DNA of 30,939 nt from a virus (taxonomy: Duplodnaviria > Caudoviricetes). Below, piece after piece: positions 26,021 through 30,939 of this stretch. Each line of letters begins with the position of its first letter. The first letter of the stretch is position 1. The position numbers and the translations under genes are program-made. The stretch is from positions 1 to 30,939 of the IMG/VR virus record IMGVR_UViG_3300017648_000011, one strand, 5' to 3'. A model generated the notes under the pieces. It worked only from the letters and a program-made list of their open reading frames with translations. It did no database searches and was not told the origin of the DNA.

Positions 26021-27393
26021 TGGCTACACCGCTATTCGGCACATCAACGGTCAGTCTCGCAGCCGCTCAGGCGTGGGCGCGGTCGCGTGGCGCGCACCAG
26101 CGCTACATCGATGTCGCGCCGCTCTACTGGGCGATCGCGCCACGCTACGGCGTGCCACCAGAGGGGCCATACGGGCAGGCCGCGAAGGAAACCAACTACG
26201 GCCACTACACCGGCGTCCTCGGGCCGGAGCGCCACAACTGGTGCGGTTTGAAGAAACCCGAGGGCGGGGACAACTACGACCCGGACGCACACGCGGTGTT
26301 CCGGAACGACTACGACGGCGTGCTCGCGCACATCCAGCACTGGGCACGCTACGGCGGAGCCACGGCACCGGCTCCGGGCGACGCGCTGCTCGATACCCGC
26401 TGGCTGGCCGTCAAGTGGGTGATCACGACGGTCGAGGAGATGGGCGGTCGGTGGGCACCGAGCCTCACCTACGGGACCGAAACCGCAGCCGTGATCGACA
26501 GCGTCCGGGCGTTCGCTCGGGCACATCCAGAATTGGAGGATCCACAGCAGATGGCTACTCAGTACGACAACATCTTCCGCAGTGTGTCGCTGGTCGATGT
26601 TCGGGCACAGCTGGAACAGCGTGCGCCGGGTGCAGGCGGCGTCGAGCGCGGCCCGTACGAGACGATCCCGCTCAATGAGAAGCGCGGCATCGTGATTCAC
26701 TACCGCGGCGTCGTGACCGACGTGAATGCCGGGCTCGCCAGCTACAAAGCCGACGCGATCTATCACGTGGGCAAGAACTGGGCGCGCAATGGCGAGACGC
26801 CAGTGTTCGGCTCTGGGATCATGTACCACATCGGCGTCGATGGACAGGGCACCGTCTACCTGATGCGTGACCTCGACCGTGTCCTCTGGCACTGCGGCGC
26901 GTGGCCACAGAACGCCAACACGCTCGCGATCCAGCTGCCGCTCGGCGGCTCGCAGCGCGCCACACAGGCGCAGCTGGCCGCGCTCGACCGCGTCTGCGAT
27001 GACTGGCTGGCGTTCACCGGCGCGGATCCGAAATCTGAGGTGTGGGGGCATCAGGAGCTGTCGCCGACCGACTGCCCAGGCACGTTGATGGCCGACTTCG
27101 TCCGGCCGTATCGCGCCGGCGGCGGGCCGCAACCAGCGCCGAAGCCGCCTTCCCTGGAGACGGTGCCGGATCCGTGGCGATCGCCGCACGGTTCGTTCTG
27201 GATCCCGAAACCGTTTGTCGATCACATCAACGGTCGCCCGTGGATCGATACCGGCTACGCGCTGGGTGGCGCGATCGAAGAGGGCGGCCTGATTGTCCAG
27301 TACTTCGAGCGTGCGCGGCTGGAGCTTCAGCCGGATGGAACGGTCACACGCGGGCTGATCGGCGCTGAGCTGCTCGCAGAGCGGGCTGCATAG
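26020..27393 (+). CDS. Endolysin: glucosaminidase(GH73)-like domain, Amidase_2 domain and C-terminal binding module
   Basis: QAAKETNYG..HNWCGLK..F.....GV.AHIQH..WAP...YG; IVIHY..YHIGV..G.VY..LWHCG..N..WGHQEL..TDCPG; VQYFERARLE. Confidence 0.92.
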   Translation: MATPLFGTSTVSLAAAQAWARSRGAHQRYIDVAPLYWAIAPRYGVPPEGPYGQAAKETNYGHYTGVLGPERHNWCGLKKPEGGDNYDPDAHAVFRNDYDGVLAHIQHWARYGGATAPAPGDALLDTRWLAVKWVITTVEEMGGRWAPSLTYGTETAAVIDSVRAFARAHPELEDPQQMATQYDNIFRSVSLVDVRAQLEQRAPGAGGVERGPYETIPLNEKRGIVIHYRGVVTDVNAGLASYKADAIYHVGKNWARNGETPVFGSGIMYHIGVDGQGTVYLMRDLDRVLWHCGAWPQNANTLAIQLPLGGSQRATQAQLAALDRVCDDWLAFTGADPKSEVWGHQELSPTDCPGTLMADFVRPYRAGGGPQPAPKPPSLETVPDPWRSPHGSFWIPKPFVDHINGRPWIDTGYALGGAIEEGGLIVQYFERARLELQPDGTVTRGLIGAELLAERAA

Positions 27394-27401
27394 GAGGGCA
27401 C

Positions 27402-27647
27402 ATGGACACAACAACAATCGCAGCGCTCACGGCGGGCGTCATGGCGCTGGTCGAGGCGATCAAGCGCGCCGGGTTGCCGTCGCGCTGGGCACCGCTGGCC
27501 GCACTCGGCGCGGGCATCGTCGTCGGGCTGGGCTACTGGCTCGCGTTCGGCGGAGATGCCGGGGAGCTGATCTGGTCAGGCATTCTCGCCGCGATCGGCG
27601 CGGCGGGACTGTATAGCGGCGGCAAGTCGCTCGTGCAGGGCAGTTAG
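27402..27647 (+). CDS. Holin
   Basis: AGGAGG RBS; ALVEAIKRAGLPSRWAPLAAL..GI..G..AAGLYSGGK; two or three TM segments. Confidence 0.85.
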   Translation: MDTTTIAALTAGVMALVEAIKRAGLPSRWAPLAALGAGIVVGLGYWLAFGGDAGELIWSGILAAIGAAGLYSGGKSLVQGS

Positions 27648-27655
27648 GAGGCACC

Positions 27656-28159
27656 GTGGCAATCCTGAACACTGACATCAAAACGTATCTCTCCGGCGGC
27701 GCAGGAAACAGCAACCCGAACGCCTCGCTGGGTGGCGCGAAATCGACAACGCTCTGGACGGGCGGCACGCTCCACGACCTGTTCGACGTGGTGACGGGCG
27801 ACGAGAACGCCGCATCGGACGTGGAGTATCGCTGCGTCTACATCCAGAACGGCCACGCCACGCTCGCGACGAGCGCCGGGAAACTGTGGATCCAGTCGCA
27901 GGTATCGGGCGGCGCGGCGCTGGCAATCGGCCTCGATCCGGCGGGCAAAAACGCGACGGCCGCGACCTCGGCAAATGAGAACACGGCTCCGGCTGGCGTG
28001 TCGTTCTCGGCACCGACCGATAAGGCCAGCGGCCTGACCATGCCGGACCTGTCGGCCGGGGACTACATCGGGGTCTGGTTCCGGCGCACGGCGGCCAACT
28101 CGGCGGCGCTGGATGCCGACGGTGCGACCGTCCGGTTCGCGTTCGATAGCCCGGCGTAG
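27656..28159 (+). CDS. Probable virion structural protein
   Basis: AGGAGG RBS with GTG start; Ala/Gly/Thr/Ser-rich beta protein (LSGGA.NS.PNASLGG..LFD.V...E......EYRC.YI.N). Confidence 0.7.
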   Translation: MAILNTDIKTYLSGGAGNSNPNASLGGAKSTTLWTGGTLHDLFDVVTGDENAASDVEYRCVYIQNGHATLATSAGKLWIQSQVSGGAALAIGLDPAGKNATAATSANENTAPAGVSFSAPTDKASGLTMPDLSAGDYIGVWFRRTAANSAALDADGATVRFAFDSPA

Positions 28160-28170
28160 GGACGTAGCAG

Positions 28171-29355
28171 ATGGCATCGGTCACGCTGTCACCAACGGGC
28201 GCGTCGGGTTCTGGGTGGTCCAACCCGAGTAGGGTCACGGCCAGTGATAACTCTCGGGCCAGCATAACGGTCGCGGGCGGAGGCACATCAGGCCAATTAT
28301 CCGTCTCGTTTCCCAGCGCTGGACTGAATGCTGGCGATATCATCGATGGCATCCTCGTTGAGGTCGAGGGCCGCGCAAGCGGTTCAGGGATCAGCCTTTC
28401 GGGTGGATCGGCTGGCGTCACACTACCACAGGGCAGTACAAAGACCGACGCGACGGGGTGGTTTACGGGCATCAATGACTCAATATACTCGCTCGGTGGC
28501 TCATCTGATCTCTGGGGTGGAACGTGGTCAGCCTCTGATTTCAACTCCGGCTGGTCTCTCTCCATACGAGTATCGAACTCTTCTGGCCCATCCCGAGATG
28601 CCCTCATTGATTATGTGTCGGTCACGATCTACTACCACGCTGGCGCCGTCGAGGTAAACGCCGACCGCAGCCTGTCATGGTCTGTCCGCACTCCGGCCAC
28701 CGCCGACCGCTCGCTCTCGTGGGCGGTGCGCACAGGCGTGACGGCTGACCGCAACCTGTCATGGTCAGTCAGGAGCGCCATCACGGCGGATCGGGCGCTG
28801 TCGTGGGCCGTCCGTCAGGCGATCACCGCCGACCGTGCGCTCGCGTGGAGCGTCCGGCAGGCCATCGCGACGGATCGCGATCTCGCATGGGCAGTGCGCG
28901 AACTGGTCGACGCCGATCGTGTGCTGCTGTGGGACGTGGAACCAGCGGTCGGCGTGGTTGTTGTCGACCGTGGCCTGTCGTGGGACATCCGCGCCATCGT
29001 CAACGCCGACCGGGCCGTCTCGTGGGATGTACGCACGCTGACAGCGGCTGATTCCGTCCTGCTGTGGGACGTGCGCGAACTGGCCGAATCCGACCGCGAT
29101 CTCGCGTGGGCAGTGCGGGAGATCGTCGAAGCCGATCGTGAGCTCGTCTGGCGCGTCCGAACGAACGCCATCATCCGACAGATCACGGTCCACGGCTCCG
29201 CACGCGCGGCACAGGTTGTCAGTGGAGCGCCGCATGTGCTGGCCGTCAGCGGCAGTCTGCACGTCATGCCGGCCGTCTCGGGCTCGCTACGTGAGGGCAT
29301 CAGCGCGACCGGATCGGCGCGGCAACCGGTCATTGTGAAAGGTTCCCCAGCATGA
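28171..29355 (+). CDS. Putative fibre/appendage protein: N-terminal Ser/Gly-rich beta domain plus tandem-repeat stalk
   Basis: About 155-aa globular N-terminus (WSNP..GGSSDLWGGTW..IDYVSVTIYY) followed by repeats. Confidence 0.7.
   Translation: MASVTLSPTGASGSGWSNPSRVTASDNSRASITVAGGGTSGQLSVSFPSAGLNAGDIIDGILVEVEGRASGSGISLSGGSAGVTLPQGSTKTDATGWFTGINDSIYSLGGSSDLWGGTWSASDFNSGWSLSIRVSNSSGPSRDALIDYVSVTIYYHAGAVEVNADRSLSWSVRTPATADRSLSWAVRTGVTADRNLSWSVRSAITADRALSWAVRQAITADRALAWSVRQAIATDRDLAWAVRELVDADRVLLWDVEPAVGVVVVDRGLSWDIRAIVNADRAVSWDVRTLTAADSVLLWDVRELAESDRDLAWAVREIVEADRELVWRVRTNAIIRQITVHGSARAAQVVSGAPHVLAVSGSLHVMPAVSGSLREGISATGSARQPVIVKGSPA
28654..29166 (+). repeat. Twelve tandem 14-aa (42-bp) repeats, consensus xxADRxLxWxVRxx
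   Basis: VNADRSLSWSVRTP, ATADRSLSWAVRTG ... VEADRELVWRVRTN; one unit has a 3-aa insertion. Confidence 0.92.
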
Positions 29356-29678
29356 CCAACGAACAGAATATCGTGATCTATCAGGGCGAGGACATCGACA
29401 TCACCGTGACGTTGACCGGCGTGACACTGACCGAGGCCGAGACGATCAAGGCCACGTTTCGCGACCGTGGACAGAAGAACCGGGTCATGTACATCGTGAC
29501 GGCCACAATCATCGCCCCGTCAACCCTGACGATCTCGCTCGACAGCGCCACGACGGCCGCGATGCGCGCGACCGAGGACGGGCCGCTGCACGACTGGGCA
29601 GTCTGGCGTGAGGACGAGGGATCGCGCACGCCCTACCTGACCGGCACCGTGACCGTTGTGGATACGGCGCGACCGTAG
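29352..29678 (+). CDS. Small beta-sandwich virion protein, BppU N-terminal-like
   Basis: IVIYQGED.DITVT..LTISLDSATTA......W......YL.GTVTV. Confidence 0.6.
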   Translation: MTNEQNIVIYQGEDIDITVTLTGVTLTEAETIKATFRDRGQKNRVMYIVTATIIAPSTLTISLDSATTAAMRATEDGPLHDWAVWREDEGSRTPYLTGTVTVVDTARP

Positions 29679-29759
29679 CGCCGCGCCCGATGGTTGCTGG
29701 CAGGCTCTGCCACTGACCAGCGCGTGAGCGTCAACGGGCATGACCACCTCTCTGCTCTG

Positions 29760-29787
29760 GCGACTCCCCTGGTACCAGGGGAGTCGC
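29760..29787. terminator. Perfect 28-bp palindrome between convergent genes; probable bidirectional terminator
   Basis: GCGACTCCCCTGGTACCAGGGGAGTCGC is its own reverse complement. Confidence 0.7.
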
Positions 29788-29817
29788 TGTGTGTATCTGA
29801 GCATAGGGTGAACGTGT

Positions 29818-30153
29818 TCAGTACTTCAGAAGCTCGCCACTATTATTGAGATTGTCGAGTCGCTTAGCTGCCTGGCGATAGAAGTTTTGATGAGGGCCCA
29901 CAATAAAGATGATGCAGACGACATCTACGTCGTCGATCATATACGCGGCTCTGAACTGCCCACTCCCTCGAACGGTGAACGCCAGAGAACGAACACCCTT
30001 GAGATTGCCGTCTAGCGAGTGTCCTCGCATTGGGTCAATCTCAAGGGTGCCGAGTGCTTCAAGTGCAGCTGTTTGCTGATGCCCCTTGAGCTTCTTGAGG
30101 TCGCGTTCCGCCGAGTTCGTCAACTCGACCCTGTATGTCTTATCGGTCGCCAT
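29818..30153 (-). CDS. RelE/ParE-family type II toxin
   Basis: YRVELTNSAERDLKKL..L..DP..G.SL.GNLKG.RSL..FRAAY.I..IFIVGPHQNFY. Confidence 0.88.
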   Translation of the reverse strand: MATDKTYRVELTNSAERDLKKLKGHQQTAALEALGTLEIDPMRGHSLDGNLKGVRSLAFTVRGSGQFRAAYMIDDVDVVCIIFIVGPHQNFYRQAAKRLDNLNNSGELLKY

Positions 30154-30391
30154 CGAAAGGGATGTTGTTCTCCTCAGCGAATTGGCGAAGGCTCTTTGTC
30201 CGCCCAGCTCGATACTCTGCTTGAGCATGGCGGGCTAGATCCTCAAATGGGTTCTCCCGTTCTGTACGGCGGCGGAACAACTTGCCGCTGTACTTCGAAC
30301 AGACTGTTGCATAGCCCCAGCGCTTCGGTCCCACTTGGGTGATAGAACGACGTCGAGGCGATGCTGCACCCACGTTCCGCGCGTTAGCCAT
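30140..30391 (-). CDS. Cognate antitoxin (putative)
   Basis: AAGGAG RBS; 83 aa; overlaps the toxin start by 14 nt; C-terminal A.AEYRAGRTKSL..F motif typical of RelE-neutralising tails. Confidence 0.75.
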   Translation of the reverse strand: MANARNVGAASPRRRSITQVGPKRWGYATVCSKYSGKLFRRRTERENPFEDLARHAQAEYRAGRTKSLRQFAEENNIPFDGDR

Positions 30392-30524
30392 GATTTGGTT
30401 CTCCTTACCCCACTGCGATAGACCTGGTTTCGTCAGCACGTCCTAACTGTTGATCCACGTAGATTCTCTGCTTACTCTGGGCCGCTCAGATCAACACCCG
30501 TTTCCTGTGGTGGAAAACGTAGCC

Positions 30525-30575
30525 CTGAGTAACTCTGAGCAACCTCAGTGTCACTAATAGGAAGCCAGTTGTCAA
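30525..30575 (-). promoter_or_regulatory. Putative toxin-antitoxin promoter with operator-like repeats
   Basis: On the - strand TTGACA (30575-30570), 17-bp spacer, GACACT (30552-30547); CTGAG-caac-CTCAG inverted repeat at 30535-30548 and a further CTGAG at 30525. Confidence 0.5.
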
Positions 30576-30740
30576 CATCTCTGTTACGGCCTATGGGGCC
30601 CGTCGATTCCCCGGGAACTGCGGCGGGAATCGTTCTTCAGTCATGTCAGGCACTACCACAGAGCCCTCTGCTGGTGTCACCATCCATGTCACAACCGGTG
30701 CCGCAGCTGGCGATTGTGTGACATCAAGCACCGTGGCCGA

Positions 30741-30778
30741 CAATGACAAAACCGCGTCTACATGCGGTTTTGTCATTG
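30741..30778. repeat. Perfect 15-bp inverted repeat (terminator or operator)
   Basis: CAATGACAAAACCGC-8 nt-GCGGTTTTGTCATTG. Confidence 0.75.
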
Positions 30779-30809
30779 ATAGGCATTTACAGACCCTCCC
30801 TGAAACCCG

Positions 30810-30818
30810 TGCTATCAT
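30810..30818 (+). promoter_or_regulatory. Possible extended -10 promoter for the downstream gene
   Basis: TGcTATCAT about 60 nt upstream of ATG 30881. Confidence 0.4.
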
Positions 30819-30880
30819 GCTCGCGCCAAATGACGGTTCGATGACCCCGTCAAGTCGATTCTGAAGGAGGAGTCAGGCGT

Positions 30881-30939
30881 ATGGAAGAGCTCGTACAACG
30901 ACTGAACGCGATCTGCGACGATCAGCCGTACTGGACCGG
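30881..30939 (+). CDS. 5' end of a probable host gene (truncated by the window edge; product not determinable)
   Basis: Strong AAGGAGGAG RBS followed by MEELVQRLNAICDDQPYWT. Confidence 0.65.
   Translation, partial: MEELVQRLNAICDDQPYWT

Larger units (their letters stand above)
1..30580 (+). mobile_element. Prophage (siphovirus, HK97/lambda-like head and non-contractile tail); left part lies outside the window, right boundary approximate
   Basis: Continuous, mostly overlapping + strand genes in the order HNH-TerS-TerL-portal-protease-capsid-neck-tube-chaperone-tape measure-tail tip-lysis, with no sheath gene. No integrase or att site can be identified in the window. Confidence 0.93.

Noticed and set aside
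28654-29166. CRISPR array or DGR template/variable repeat
   Set aside because: The repeats are in-frame, degenerate at wobble positions, lack spacers and adenine-specific differences, and there is no cas or reverse transcriptase gene in the window.
30630-30660. tRNA or tmRNA 3' end (..CACTACCA) as an att core
   Set aside because: No T-loop (GTTCRA) or acceptor stem pairing could be found.
30591-30864. ORFs 30591-30818 (-) and 30643-30864 (+)
   Set aside because: No clear RBS or motifs, and they overlap several inverted repeats and a likely promoter.

Overview
About 30.6 kb of this window is the late half of a GC-rich, HK97/lambda-like siphoviral prophage, almost all on the + strand. The order is: accessory early/middle genes (including a VRR-NUC nuclease, a TGT/DpdA-like protein and a Com-type zinc finger), a probable late promoter with a terminator-containing leader, HNH/cos/terminase, head, neck, tail, lysis, three extra virion genes, and a lower-GC RelE-family toxin-antitoxin pair on the - strand. 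Probable host sequence follows. The endolysin C-terminus (VQYFERARLE) suggests a Chloroflexota host; this is an inference from recalled motifs. The most striking observation is at 16423-17126. An antisense GIY-YIG/zinc-finger endonuclease gene sits inside the 5' end of the tape measure gene. The first six tape measure codons (MAGGRT) occur on both sides of the insert, with all five degenerate codons synonymously different. An open frame runs from the original start to a TAATG overlap with the new start. The endonuclease promoter region carries a 17/18 copy of the adjacent tape measure sequence, which resembles I-TevI-type autorepression. All calls come from reading motifs and gene order by eye; no database searches were run.
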